DNA of 64,000 nucleotides from an uncultured Actinomycetes bacterium (lineage in GTDB: Bacteria; Actinomycetota; UBA4738; HRBIN12). Shown one piece after another: positions 42,297 to 52,857 of the stretch (its first letter is position 1; each line of letters opens with the position of its first letter). The notes beneath the pieces are model-generated. The model had not been told where the DNA came from and did not search any database. It saw only the letters and a list, made by a program, of their open reading frames with translations. The translations under genes and the position numbers were made by a program. The stretch lies in contig CAVPIB010000004.1 of NCBI GenBank assembly GCA_963704885.1, positions 480,001 through 544,000 on the forward strand. The letters run 5' to 3'.

Positions 42297-43418
42297 ATGA
42301 GGGTGGGGCTGCCACGCATGCACAAGGAGGCCGGGGAACGGAGGGATCTCCTACCGTCGTTCGTCGCAGCTCTATGCCGCGACGGGGCGACCGAAGTCGT
42401 GCTGGAGGATGGGTACGGCGCGGCGATGGACCTCGAACCGGTTGAATACGCTTCGATCGATCCCCGCGTGCGCTTCGCGACGTATCGCGAGGTCTTCGAA
42501 CGAGACGTCGTCGTCGTGATCCGTTGTCCCGACGAGGAGGCGATCCGTTGGATGCGACCCGGGTCGATGCTCCTGTCGATGCTGCACTTCCCGACCCGTC
42601 CATGGCGTGTTCGGCTGCTCGACGAGCTCGGGATCGGCGGACTGAGCCTCGAATCCGTGACCGACGACGCCGGACGTCGGCTCGTGGAGAACCTGCGGGC
42701 CGTCGGCTGGAACGGAGTTGAGGCAGCCTTCAAGGAGCTGGCCGCGACCCACGAGGACTTCTCACACGCAGGCCGTCGACCCCTGAGGGTGACATGCCTC
42801 GGATCGGGCGCCGTCGGAGGTCACGCGACGCACGCCGCGACCCGTTACGGCGACCCCGAACTGCGTGAGGAGCTGGTCGCGAACGACGTCCCGGGGGTCG
42901 AGGTCACGGTCGTGGACTTCGACCTCACGTGGCACGAGGACTACATGCTCGATCGGCTAGCGCGCACCGATCTCCTTATCGACGCCACCCACCGGATCGA
43001 TCCCTCGACGCCGGTGGTTCGAAACGCGTGGCTCGCGGCGCTTCCTGCGGACGCGGTCCTGCTCGACCTGGCGAGCGACCCCTACATCCCGGACGCGTAT
43101 CCGCCGATGGTCAAGGGCATCGAGGGCATCCCTCAGGGGAACCTCGACCAGTGGGTGTTCCGCATCGATGACCCCGCCTGGGATCGGCAGGACCCCGTCG
43201 TCGACGCGAGGGAGCGCCGGACCGCGCTGTCGTGCTACGCATGGCCCGGGATCCACCCGCTGAGCTGCATGGACGTCTACGGGAGCCAGTTGGAACCGCT
43301 GATGACACTGATCCTGACGGCGCCCGTCGACGGATGGGATGGCGTGGACGGTCCGTACGAGGAGCGTGCCGCCATGAGAGGGGAGCTGTCGACATGGAGA
43401 GCGGCTCTGGCCGATTGA
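42297..43418 (+). CDS. Alanine dehydrogenase/PNT-N fold oxidoreductase, paralog A
   Basis: GLPRMHKEAGERR, EDGYG, SMLHFP, Rossmann LGSGAVG. Confidence 0.8.
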   Translation: MRVGLPRMHKEAGERRDLLPSFVAALCRDGATEVVLEDGYGAAMDLEPVEYASIDPRVRFATYREVFERDVVVVIRCPDEEAIRWMRPGSMLLSMLHFPTRPWRVRLLDELGIGGLSLESVTDDAGRRLVENLRAVGWNGVEAAFKELAATHEDFSHAGRRPLRVTCLGSGAVGGHATHAATRYGDPELREELVANDVPGVEVTVVDFDLTWHEDYMLDRLARTDLLIDATHRIDPSTPVVRNAWLAALPADAVLLDLASDPYIPDAYPPMVKGIEGIPQGNLDQWVFRIDDPAWDRQDPVVDARERRTALSCYAWPGIHPLSCMDVYGSQLEPLMTLILTAPVDGWDGVDGPYEERAAMRGELSTWRAALAD

Positions 43419-44524
43419 CGGTCGGCTTCCCGCGGATGCGGAAGGAGCCAAGGGAGCGTAGGGATTTCCTTCCTCCGCTCATCGGCAAGCTCATCGACCA
43501 CGGGGCAGACATCGTGGTGGAGCGAGGGATCGGCTCCGGGATGGGCTATGAGGACTCCGACTACGCGGCCCTTGGCCCGCACATCCGATCAGGCTCGCAC
43601 GAGGACGCCTACCGGCAAGACATCGTCGTGGTCCTCCGCTGCCCGAACGACGACGAGCTGGGTCTCGTCCGGCGCGGAGCCGCCCTCGTGTCGATGCTCC
43701 ACTTCCCGACCCGTTCGGGGCGCGTCGCGCGGCTCTGTCGGCAAGGCGTCGACGCCATCGCGATGGACTGCATCGTCGACGACAGCGGCACTCGACTGGT
43801 CGAAGACAGCCGATCCGTGGCCTGGAACGGGCTCGAGGCTGCGTTCGACGCGCTCGAGCAGACCTACCCGAAGTTCCGAGACCGCGATCGGCCACCCATC
43901 CACGTGACCGTGATGGGAGCGGGGGCTATCGGGCGCCACGCGGTGGAGGCCGCCACGAAGTACGGGAAGACCGAGCGGGCGGGCGACCTCCTGTCCAGGG
44001 GCGTGCCGGGGGTGGAGGTGGTCACGGTCGGGCGCAACCTGACCGGGGACGCGCGATACATGGAGGAGCGCTTACGCGTCACCGACGTGCTGGTGGACAC
44101 CACGCTCCGATCGGATCCGAGCGTCCCGCTCGTCCCCAATGCGTCGATCGAGCTGTTGCCCGAGCATGCCGTGATATGCGACTGCGTCGTCGACCCCTAC
44201 CAGCTACACACCGACCCACCCACGGTCCGCGGGATCGAGGGCATCCCTCAGGGCGACCTGGACGGCTACGTGTTCCCGCCCGATGACCCGGCCTGGGAGC
44301 GCACGGTTCCCGACGGCGTACCGCACGAGCATCGCCGCACCGTCGTGTCGTGCTACTCGTGGCCCGGCGTCCATCCGGAGGCCTGCATGCGCCTCTACGG
44401 CGCCCAGCTCGCCCCGCTCCTCGAGACGCTGGTCGAGCGGGGAGGTGTCTCTGGACTGCGCGAGGACGGCCGGTTCCACGAGCGCGCCCTCGACCGAGCG
44501 GCCATCCGACACTGGGCCGTCTGA
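43415..44524 (+). CDS. Alanine dehydrogenase/PNT-N fold oxidoreductase, paralog B
   Basis: TTG start overlapping paralog A stop; GFPRMRKEPRERR, ERGIG, SMLHFP, MGAGAIG. Confidence 0.8.
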   Translation: MTVGFPRMRKEPRERRDFLPPLIGKLIDHGADIVVERGIGSGMGYEDSDYAALGPHIRSGSHEDAYRQDIVVVLRCPNDDELGLVRRGAALVSMLHFPTRSGRVARLCRQGVDAIAMDCIVDDSGTRLVEDSRSVAWNGLEAAFDALEQTYPKFRDRDRPPIHVTVMGAGAIGRHAVEAATKYGKTERAGDLLSRGVPGVEVVTVGRNLTGDARYMEERLRVTDVLVDTTLRSDPSVPLVPNASIELLPEHAVICDCVVDPYQLHTDPPTVRGIEGIPQGDLDGYVFPPDDPAWERTVPDGVPHEHRRTVVSCYSWPGVHPEACMRLYGAQLAPLLETLVERGGVSGLREDGRFHERALDRAAIRHWAV

Positions 44525-44540
44525 CCAGGTACTACGTGAC

Positions 44541-44568
44541 CGAGGGGCGCCCCGAAGGGCGCCCCTCG
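44541..44568. terminator. GC-rich hairpin between convergent genes
   Basis: cgaggggcgccc-cgaa-gggcgcccctcg, perfect 12-bp stem. Confidence 0.75.
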
Positions 44569-44584
44569 CTCTGCTGTCGGCGAG

Positions 44585-46376
44585 CTAGATCCACCACGGG
44601 AGGCGGATCAGAAGCAGCTGCCCTCCTTCGCGCTTGTACGTGAAGTCGGGCACAAGGTCGCCGTTGTTGTCTTCACCCGGCGCCTGCTCCACCCAGAGCG
44701 TGTGCGCCTGGATGGTGATCAAGAACGCTCCGGGACCGAAGGCCGCGGAGGCGTCGACGATGCCCGTCGACTCCCAGGCGCCCCAGTTGCCCGTCAGGCC
44801 CTACCGTCGACGTCCGTCGCCTTCGTCCGTCGGCCGACTGGTCGACCGTCGCGACGACCGTCGGGCGTAGCCCGAGAACGGGCACGTACCAGAGCCGTGC
44901 CGTGGTCGCGTTGGGTAGCCCCTGGTCGGCGAGGCGAACTGCTGACTCGATCCCGGGTCCTCCGTCAGCAGGAGGCCGTTGCGCGTCGTCTCGATGTTGT
45001 CCGGCTGATGGACCTCGTCGAACGTCTTGACGGGGTTGTCGTCGCCCTCGACGAACACGGTGAGCGAGGTCACTTCGTCGGGTCGTGCTTGTCGAGCTCC
45101 ATCTTCCAGACACGACCGTTCGAGGATAGGAACGGCGTGTCGGTGCCGCTCGCACGGCCCCGGCCAGAGTCGACGATGTAGACGACATTCCCCATGCCGC
45201 GGCGCTTGTCGTAGGCGATGTCTTCGACGCGGACGAACTGGAACACGTCGTTCATGTCGCTCCAGTACTCGAGCACCCACTGCGGGCCATCGATGCCGGT
45301 CGGAGTTGTCAGGCGAAGGTCCCTCTGCCAACTGCCATCCGTCGGAGGGAGCGGATAGCCCTTGTCCGCGGCCTTCAGCTCCGAACCGTCAGGATTGAGG
45401 CCGGTGGCGATGTCCTTCGGCACCTGGATGAAGTGGCCGGTGACGTCCGTACCCGAGCCGGGGAGCACGTCGTAGTAGTTCTTCACGCCCGGCGTGTCGG
45501 AGACGAAGGCCCAGAGATCGCCCTTGTCGGCCAGCAGCGAGTACGTGCTGGCGCGATGTAGGAGTAGAGCTGTGACTGAGCCGGTGCCAGCTGCGTCGGT
45601 GGGACGGCGAGCGGATCCGTGAGGGGACCGCTCGTGAACGTGTCGTCACCTGAGAGAACGACCGGCTTCCCATAGCCGGGGATGGCGACCGCGTTCTCGT
45701 GGTTGTGCCTGCCCATCCCGTAGATCGGGCGGTGCTGGCCGGTCCTGACATCGAGCGCGATGACGAGCGCCGGCTTCGCGCTCCTCCGGGCTCACCGGGC
45801 ACGGGGGGCCAGGATGCTTCCTGCCGCAAGAAATAGTCCGGAGACTCCTCGTTCGTGAACAGGATGTCCCGGCTGAACCCTTCCTTCCTGGTGGCGAGGA
45901 AATTGGAGCAGAATCGCTGATAGCCAGAATCGCTCGAGATGGCGAACGAGCCGTTGAGCACGCCAGCCGAGCGCCGATTGAGGATCAGCTTGCTCACCTG
46001 CGCGTTGTCGAAGTCGTTCTCCCCGTTCGCCGCGGTCGGTCGCCGCTGTGTTGTAGGGGAACGGCACCTTGCTGGTCTCGTGGTTCACGAAGATCTCGAC
46101 CCGGCCGTATCCGCGATCCCGGCCAACCCATGGTGGCTCGCACGGACGAGTCCCGTCCGGGACGGCCTCGAAGCGAAAACCGCTCGGAAGCACGTCTCCG
46201 ACGGTCAGGAGCGGCGTGATCCTCACGCCTGCCATGACCGAGGTGAGCATCGGATCTTGCCCTGTCTTGAACCCACTCCCACCGTGACTCGCGGTCGCGG
46301 ACGGCGTTCCAGAGACTGCGATCGCCGCTGCAAGGGCCGCGCACACGAAGACGGTGCTTCTTCTACTACTCGTCAT
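44585..46376 (-). pseudogene. PhoX/DUF839-like secreted phosphatase broken by many frameshifts
   Basis: Fragments in order: signal peptide, VPDG, FVNHE, RFCS, TNEE, GRHNHEN, RVED, NGRVW, QPDNI, TED, WESTGIVD, IQAH, EGGQL. Confidence 0.75.
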
Positions 46377-46570
46377 CTTCCCCCCCTGAGGTCTTTGTCC
46401 GCGAAGAGGTCTAACAGATTCCGTCAGCCCGGGTCTACCGCCGTTCGGCTATCGAACCGTCGAGCGGGGCTGCGGGTCTCGGCGCGTGGTGACGTACCGT
46501 ACTCCTCGGGGTTGCGACGGCAGGACAGACTCACTGCGCTGCAGGTCGTACGGGTGGTCAAGGTGAGGCG

Positions 46571-46786
46571 TTAGTCGCGGTGTTGGCCGATCACCGCGCT
46601 GATGTGGCACTCGCACTCGTCGTCCGAGCAGCCCTTCTGGCGATCGGAGCCAGGCTCCCAGACCAGGTCGCGGTCGTCCTCGGCGTATAGGTAGCGGCAA
46701 CCGCACCAGTAGCACACGTCGCGCATGACCTGATGCCAGTTGCCGTCGATGTCCTTTCGCTCCGGCAGGTTCAGCAGCTTCGACAT
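46571..46786 (-). CDS. Small Cys-rich hypothetical protein
   Basis: 71 aa, CYWCGC..CSDDECECH, purine-rich RBS (GGAAGGGG) upstream. Confidence 0.65.
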   Translation of the reverse strand: MSKLLNLPERKDIDGNWHQVMRDVCYWCGCRYLYAEDDRDLVWEPGSDRQKGCSDDECECHISAVIGQHRD

Positions 46787-46822
46787 CAGGACCCCTTCCC
46801 CAAGATCGTCCCGATACCCATG

Positions 46823-48145
46823 CTAGGACGATGGGTCTCCGGAGGGAAGTACCTCCACTCGTTCGATCTCAGCATCCTGCGGCGGCGTGATGTCACGCAC
46901 CATCACCACACGCCTCTCGACGGGCTCGGTGTCCGGAAGGACGACCACCTTCGACGCCCTAGCCGAGCGTGGGAGCACCCTGAAGGCCGCCAGACCCAGC
47001 AGCCCGACCACCGCTCCCCCGATCCCGCCGATCAGCAGCACACTCCTGGAACCTATCGTGACGACCAGGACGCCTCCGAGCGCTGTCGCACCCAGCTGGC
47101 CCGCCATAGCGATCCCGAAGTACGCCGAGAACACGCGCCCCCGTAGCTGATCAGGGACACGGTGGTGAAGCAGGCTCCGCATGGCGACGCTCACCACGCC
47201 GTTCGACACGCCGCCGAGCGCGAACATCGTGAGCGCCAGACCGATGGAAGGGAACACGGCGGCGATCGCAACGGCCACCCCGCCCCCGAACGCGGCGATC
47301 AGTACCCCCGGCGCCAATCGATCATTCGGCAACCGGCGCGCGATCACGGCCGCACCGACGACCATGCCCGCCAGCCAGACTGCGGCCAACGCGCCGTATC
47401 CCCAGTTGCCGGCATCAAGGACGTTGCGGGCGAAGAACACCTCGGCCACGTTGTCCATAGCCGCGAACAGGACCGTCGCCGAGATGGCGACGACAGCGAT
47501 CAGCAGCACGCGGTCCTTCGCTATGAACGCGAACCCCTTGCGGGCCTCTCCCTTCTGGCGCCCGCCCTCCCCCACGGGCTCTGGAGGCCGCCGGATGCTG
47601 AGCGATGCAGCCGCCGACATGATCACCAGGAACGTGATCGCATCCACCAGCAGCGCGGCGTCTGAGTTGCCCGTCGCAGCGGCGAGCCCTCCCGCGATCA
47701 GCGGACCTGCGACCATCCCGAAGTACCGGGCAGTCTCCATGTTGGCGTTGGCCTCGGTGAGGTCCTCTTCCTCCACGGCCTTGGGCATGATCGCGAACAC
47801 CGCGGGCGACGCCACTGAGGCCACCGAGCCCAGCAGGAACGACAACGCGACGATCGCCCATACGGGATCGACGAACGCCAACGCCAGCGCCAACCCTGCC
47901 TGGATCGCGGATGCGATGGCGAGCGTGCCCGTGCTCTCGGTCCTGTCCACGATCAGGCCCGAGAGGGGCGCGAAGACGACCATCGGGAGGATCCCGGCCA
48001 GGAGAACGGCGGAGACGGCGATCCCGGAATGGCTTACGTCGAAGACCTTGATGGTCAGGGCGACGAGCGCCAGCTCATCCCCGAGCGAGGACAACCCGTT
48101 CGACAGGACCAGCAGACGGAAGTCACGCAGCCTCATCAGGCGCAC
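46823..48145 (-). CDS. MFS transporter (DHA3/macrolide-efflux-like)
   Basis: RDFRLL..SSLGD, about 12 TM, VPDQLRGRVFS; start uncertain. Confidence 0.88.
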   Translation of the reverse strand: MRLMRLRDFRLLVLSNGLSSLGDELALVALTIKVFDVSHSGIAVSAVLLAGILPMVVFAPLSGLIVDRTESTGTLAIASAIQAGLALALAFVDPVWAIVALSFLLGSVASVASPAVFAIMPKAVEEEDLTEANANMETARYFGMVAGPLIAGGLAAATGNSDAALLVDAITFLVIMSAAASLSIRRPPEPVGEGGRQKGEARKGFAFIAKDRVLLIAVVAISATVLFAAMDNVAEVFFARNVLDAGNWGYGALAAVWLAGMVVGAAVIARRLPNDRLAPGVLIAAFGGGVAVAIAAVFPSIGLALTMFALGGVSNGVVSVAMRSLLHHRVPDQLRGRVFSAYFGIAMAGQLGATALGGVLVVTIGSRSVLLIGGIGGAVVGLLGLAAFRVLPRSARASKVVVLPDTEPVERRVVMVRDITPPQDAEIERVEVLPSGDPSS

Positions 48146-48226
48146 GAGGCGCATCGTAGTAGGGGCAAGATGTCGATGCATCGCCTGAACGGGTGAAGAC
48201 GAACGGCGGAGCTTGGTCCGAGGCGG

Positions 48227-48940
48227 TCAACAGGGGGGGTCGACCCAGGCGGGCCGGGGACCGACCCGGACACCCTGATGGCGGGCCAGCTCCCGAAGTC
48301 GCCGCCGGTAGACCCGCATCTCGGTGCGCGACCAGTCGGCGTGGGTAAGACATCGCCAGGATGGGTAGGCCTCGCGGTGGAGGGGACTCTTAAGGGTCTC
48401 GGCGTGGCCGATCACGTTCCGCGCCTGGACCTTGAAGCGGTCCATGAGCCAGAGCGTCAGCCGGAGTGAGGAGCGCATCATGGTCCGGTTCGCCAGGATC
48501 TCTCGGTCGCTCGTCCCGACGTGCTCGATGCCGATCGCGGTCCAGTTCATGCCGATCGCGTGGCGGCATCGGACCCGAAGGCCGACCAGCTGATAGATGG
48601 CTCCGTCGGTATCGATCACGAAGTGCGTGCACACTCCCGGCAGCTCCCCCAGATGGACGCCGTTCGCGGAGAAGGTGGCCCAAGCGCCCGACATGCTGCT
48701 GCCGTCGGTGTAGTGCTCCACGATCGCGTGCGGATGGGTCAACCGCCAGATCCACTCGCCGTAGTGGCGGTGAGAATAGGCGCCCATCTGCTGCCGCCGG
48801 TGCCGGCCGAACGGGATCGGCCGCCAGGTGATAGAAGGACGTGTGACGCCGGGCGGCTGGATGGGGACCGCCGTGCCGGGCTCGTCGGCGAGACCCGAGA
48901 GCGTCGCCGCCAGGAGCGCGGCGGCGATCGCTCGACTCAT
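48227..48940 (-). CDS. Secreted N-acetylmuramoyl-L-alanine amidase (Amidase_2)
   Basis: IVEHYT, HFVIDTDGAIYQLV, HAIGMN..IGIEH, NVIGHAE. Confidence 0.85.
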   Translation of the reverse strand: MSRAIAAALLAATLSGLADEPGTAVPIQPPGVTRPSITWRPIPFGRHRRQQMGAYSHRHYGEWIWRLTHPHAIVEHYTDGSSMSGAWATFSANGVHLGELPGVCTHFVIDTDGAIYQLVGLRVRCRHAIGMNWTAIGIEHVGTSDREILANRTMMRSSLRLTLWLMDRFKVQARNVIGHAETLKSPLHREAYPSWRCLTHADWSRTEMRVYRRRLRELARHQGVRVGPRPAWVDPPC

Positions 48941-50376
48941 CCGGAGGCGACCGCGCGCAGGCGGGCGACCGTGGCCTCCCGGCCGAGCAACTCGAGCGAT
49001 TCCGGAAGCGGCGGCGAGACGTTCGAACCGGTGACCGCCGCCCGAACGGGCTGCCAGCCCTTCGTCCGGTTGAGGTCGGAGGCGGCGGCGAGCTCGTCCA
49101 GCGCTGCCTGGATCGTGTCGTGGTTCCATGGGTCAACGGCGGTCAGCCGATCCGCGGCCCGCGTCAGATACCCCTCGGGCGCCTTCTCCATGATCGCCCA
49201 GGCCTTCTCGTTCGGCACGACGTCGTCGGTGAACAAGAACCGCAGCAGCTCGACCGATTCCGTCAGCGTCTTCATCCGCTCGCGGACCAGCGGCATCGCT
49301 GCCCGCAGCGTGACCGGATCGGGAAGCAGGCCGGCCTCGGTCAGGAAGTGCAGGCATCTCGCCGCCAGCTCGTCGTCGCCCAGCGACTGGATGTAGTGGT
49401 TGTTCATCCACTCCAGCTTCTGCGTGTCGAACGCTGCCGGGTTGCTGGAGACGCGAGACAGATCGAACGCCCCGATCAGCTCGTCGCGCGACAGGAACGT
49501 CGTCGATTCGTCCTTGGACCAACCCAGCAGCGCCAGGTAGTTCATGAGGGCCTCAGGCAGGAATCCCTGCTCGCGGAACGCCTCGACCGACGTGGAGCCG
49601 TGGCGCTTGGACAGGGGCTTGCCATCTATGCCGGCGACCTGCGGCAGGTGAGCGTACCGAGGCGGCGTTCCGCCCAACGCCTCGATCACCGCGGAGTTCC
49701 GGGGGGCGCTGGCCAGAAGGTCGTCCCCACGGATGACGTGCGTGATGTCCATCGCCATGTCGTCGACCGCAACGGCCAGCAGGAACACGGGCGTCCCGTC
49801 CGACCGGACCAACACGAAGTCGCGCAGCTGACCCGCAGGGAATCGCACCTCGCCCTTCACCAGGTCGTCCACGACCCACTCGCGGTCCGGCATCGCGAAC
49901 CGGATCGTGAACGGCCGAGCCTCCCGTTCGAACGCCTGGCGCTCGGCGTCTGCAAGCCGCAGGCATCGGCCGCCGTCACCCCCGGGCGGCACTCCCTTCG
50001 CGATCGCGGCTCGCTTGATGGTCTCCAGATCCTCGGCCGTGCAGTAGCAGCGGTAAGCGCTTCCGGTGGCGAGCAGCCGGTCCACCTGTTCCCGGTAGAC
50101 GTCGCTCCTTTGCGACTGACGGTAGGAGCCGTGCGGCCCGCCCACGTCGGGACCCTCATCCCAGTCCAGGCCCAGCCAGCGGAGCGATTCGATCACCCCG
50201 CGGAAACCCTCCTCGGAGACTCGGCTCGCGTCGGTGTCCTCTACGCGCAGGACGAACGCGCCCCCGTGATGCCGGGCGAACAGCCAGCTGAACAGCGCCG
50301 AACGAGCATTGCCCACATGGATCGAACCGGAGGGGGCGGGAGCGAACCGGCAGCGAACGGTGTCGGACACGGTCAT
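48937..50376 (-). CDS. gltX: Glutamate--tRNA ligase
   Basis: [25 protein letters not shown]. Confidence 0.96.
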   Translation of the reverse strand: MTVSDTVRCRFAPAPSGSIHVGNARSALFSWLFARHHGGAFVLRVEDTDASRVSEEGFRGVIESLRWLGLDWDEGPDVGGPHGSYRQSQRSDVYREQVDRLLATGSAYRCYCTAEDLETIKRAAIAKGVPPGGDGGRCLRLADAERQAFEREARPFTIRFAMPDREWVVDDLVKGEVRFPAGQLRDFVLVRSDGTPVFLLAVAVDDMAMDITHVIRGDDLLASAPRNSAVIEALGGTPPRYAHLPQVAGIDGKPLSKRHGSTSVEAFREQGFLPEALMNYLALLGWSKDESTTFLSRDELIGAFDLSRVSSNPAAFDTQKLEWMNNHYIQSLGDDELAARCLHFLTEAGLLPDPVTLRAAMPLVRERMKTLTESVELLRFLFTDDVVPNEKAWAIMEKAPEGYLTRAADRLTAVDPWNHDTIQAALDELAAASDLNRTKGWQPVRAAVTGSNVSPPLPESLELLGREATVARLRAVASG

Positions 50377-51134
50377 GCCGCCACGGGGTTGGAGAGCGAA
50401 CCCACGCCTTCGACCTCGACCTCGACCACATCGCCTGCGGCGAGACGTCCGACGCCCTCGGGCGTGCCGGTAAGGAGGGCGTCGCCGGGCAGGAGCGTCA
50501 TGAACTCCGTGATGTACTCGATCAGGGTGGCTACGCCGAAGACCATGTCGGAGGTCTGTCCCGCCTGGCGGATCTCACCGTTCAACCGCGTCTCCACACG
50601 CACGTCGTTGGGGTCCAGCTCGGTCTGGATCCACGGACCGAGCGGACACGACCCGTCGAAGCCTTTCGCGCGCGCCCATTGGTCCTCGGTGTGTTGGAGG
50701 TCGCGGAGGGTGACGTCGTTCGCGCACGTGTATCCGAGGATGTACCTGTAGGCGTCCTCGCTCCTCACGTCGCGGGCCAGGCGACCGATCACCACCGCCA
50801 GCTCGCCCTCGTAGTCCATACGGCGACTGATCGGGAGCAACCGGATGGGGTCGCCGGGTCCGATGACGGCCGTCGAAGGCTTCAGGAAGAGAAGCGGCTC
50901 CTCGGGCACCTCCATCCCCCACTCCGCGGCGTGCGCCGCGTAGTTCCTCCCCACGCACACGAGCTTCGAGGGGAGCACCGGCGCCAACAGCCGGACGTCG
51001 TCGAGCGGCACGACCTCTCCGGTGGGGAGTGGATCCTCGAAGAACGTCCCCTGCAGGATCCGAACGCCGTTGGTGTCATCGTCGATCGCGCCGGTCGCGA
51101 TGCGATCACCGAATCTGAACCTGACGAGCCTCAT
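50373..51134 (-). CDS. Fumarylacetoacetate hydrolase family protein
   Basis: [32 protein letters not shown]. Confidence 0.92.
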   Translation of the reverse strand: MRLVRFRFGDRIATGAIDDDTNGVRILQGTFFEDPLPTGEVVPLDDVRLLAPVLPSKLVCVGRNYAAHAAEWGMEVPEEPLLFLKPSTAVIGPGDPIRLLPISRRMDYEGELAVVIGRLARDVRSEDAYRYILGYTCANDVTLRDLQHTEDQWARAKGFDGSCPLGPWIQTELDPNDVRVETRLNGEIRQAGQTSDMVFGVATLIEYITEFMTLLPGDALLTGTPEGVGRLAAGDVVEVEVEGVGSLSNPVAA

Positions 51135-51928
51135 GCCAGCTTGGTGCCACCGGCGAACGTGGCGCCCACCTGTCGCCAGTAGCCCGCGATCATCTCGTAT
51201 GGACGGAGCGCGGCGAGCTCCTCCCCCGGAGCCTCGTACAGCTCCACGGTCGGCTTGCCGGTGTACACCGGCCCCAGCTCGACGTCCTCCGATCGCATGG
51301 TCACGAGCTCGTCCAGCGCGTCAGGCTCCGCCGGATCGATCGAGGGCATCCAGCGCGAGTGGAGCATGGGGAGAGCGTTGACGAACCCAGCGGTCACCGA
51401 AGCACCGGAAAGGGTGAGAGTCACGTCGGCCAGGCGACAGTCGTTCGCCTGAAGCGTAGCCCCGAACCGCCCGTCCGCCTCCAATCGCGGACCCGCCTTG
51501 CCCACCGTGACGGGCCGGGTCATCCAGATCGAGCCCATCTTCTTGGGGTACCCCTGGTACCAGCCGCGCGCGAGGGCGAAGTCCTTGTCGACCCATATGT
51601 AGACGCAGCGCGAGTAGTGCTCACCGTTCCACTTGCATCTGACCACGACGAAGCACTCCTTGTATTGCGAGCGGACAGGATCCAGGAGCTCCGCTCCGCC
51701 TTCGCTGCACGATTGCCAGTCCGCCCAGATGATCGCCACCGCTCCGGGATCGTCGTCCGCCAGATCCACGCCATCGGGCAGCAGCGCGGCCACGTTGGCC
51801 GGCTCGGCGCGGTACTCGATCGTGAGCACGTCGCCTGAGTAGTGCCACGGCGGGCTGGGGACGATGGACGCCCGGCCCTCCGGCGTCCGCGGAGCCATGA
51901 ACCCCCTCAGCCGCGACACGCGCGCCAT
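51131..51928 (-). CDS. Acetoacetate decarboxylase-like protein (MppR/Sbi_00515-like)
   Basis: [30 protein letters not shown] with catalytic Lys. Confidence 0.82.
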   Translation of the reverse strand: MARVSRLRGFMAPRTPEGRASIVPSPPWHYSGDVLTIEYRAEPANVAALLPDGVDLADDDPGAVAIIWADWQSCSEGGAELLDPVRSQYKECFVVVRCKWNGEHYSRCVYIWVDKDFALARGWYQGYPKKMGSIWMTRPVTVGKAGPRLEADGRFGATLQANDCRLADVTLTLSGASVTAGFVNALPMLHSRWMPSIDPAEPDALDELVTMRSEDVELGPVYTGKPTVELYEAPGEELAALRPYEMIAGYWRQVGATFAGGTKLA

Positions 51929-51939
51929 ACTAGCGGCCC

Positions 51940-52785
51940 ATGGAGAGCCGACGGATCCTGCTGGACGGCGTGCCGACCTCCGTCACGCGAGACGGCGATG
52001 AGCTGGTCTCCTCCGACGGACGAAGGGTGGGGTTGGATGACGAACAGCACCTCCCGCCTGTCGAGCCGACCAAGATCGTCTGCGTCCACCTGAACTACGA
52101 GAGCCGCCGCGCTGAGTTCGGCATCACTCTCGCGCCAGCGCCCACGTTCTTCCACAAGCCGACGACCTCGCTCAACGCGCACGGCGGCGACGTGATACGG
52201 CCCCCGCGCTGCAAGTACCTCAACTTCGAGGGAGAGATCGCGATAGTGATAGGCACCGAGACGAAGCACATCGCGCCCGAGGAGGTCGCCGACCACATCC
52301 TCGGTTACACGGTGGCCAACGACTACGGCCTGCATGACTTCCGCGACACCGACGCCGGTTCCATGCTGCGCGTGAAGGGGTCGGACTCGCTCTGCCCCCT
52401 CGGACCCGGACTCGTCACAAACTGGGACTTCCACGGCAAGCGCATCCAGACCCGCGTGAACGGCGAGGTGAAGCAGGACGGTAACACCGACGAGATGATC
52501 TGGGACATGCACTACCTGGTGGCCGACATCGCCCGGACCATCACGCTCCTCCCCGGCGATGTGCTTCTATCCGGCACGCCCGCGAACTCAAGACCGGTGC
52601 AGCCGGGCGACGTGGTCGAGGTGGAGGTCGAGGGCCTGGGAACGCTCCGCAACACGATCGTCGAGGGTTCCATCCCCATCCGCGATGACGTCGGCGCGCA
52701 GCCCTCGGAGTCCGAGGAGGTCATCTCGACCACCCTCGGAGGCGATTGGGAGTTCCGGGGGATCCGTCCACCGCGCCGCGACTGA
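51940..52785 (+). CDS. FAH family protein (HpaG-like)
   Basis: VHLNY, NFEGEI, ANDYG, SGTPANS. Confidence 0.88.
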   Translation: MESRRILLDGVPTSVTRDGDELVSSDGRRVGLDDEQHLPPVEPTKIVCVHLNYESRRAEFGITLAPAPTFFHKPTTSLNAHGGDVIRPPRCKYLNFEGEIAIVIGTETKHIAPEEVADHILGYTVANDYGLHDFRDTDAGSMLRVKGSDSLCPLGPGLVTNWDFHGKRIQTRVNGEVKQDGNTDEMIWDMHYLVADIARTITLLPGDVLLSGTPANSRPVQPGDVVEVEVEGLGTLRNTIVEGSIPIRDDVGAQPSESEEVISTTLGGDWEFRGIRPPRRD

Positions 52786-52857
52786 CCAGACGGTGTAGCC
52801 TCCGACGGTCCTGACGGAGGGAGCGGAGACGGGCGAGCATCCAGGCACGAGCGCGAC

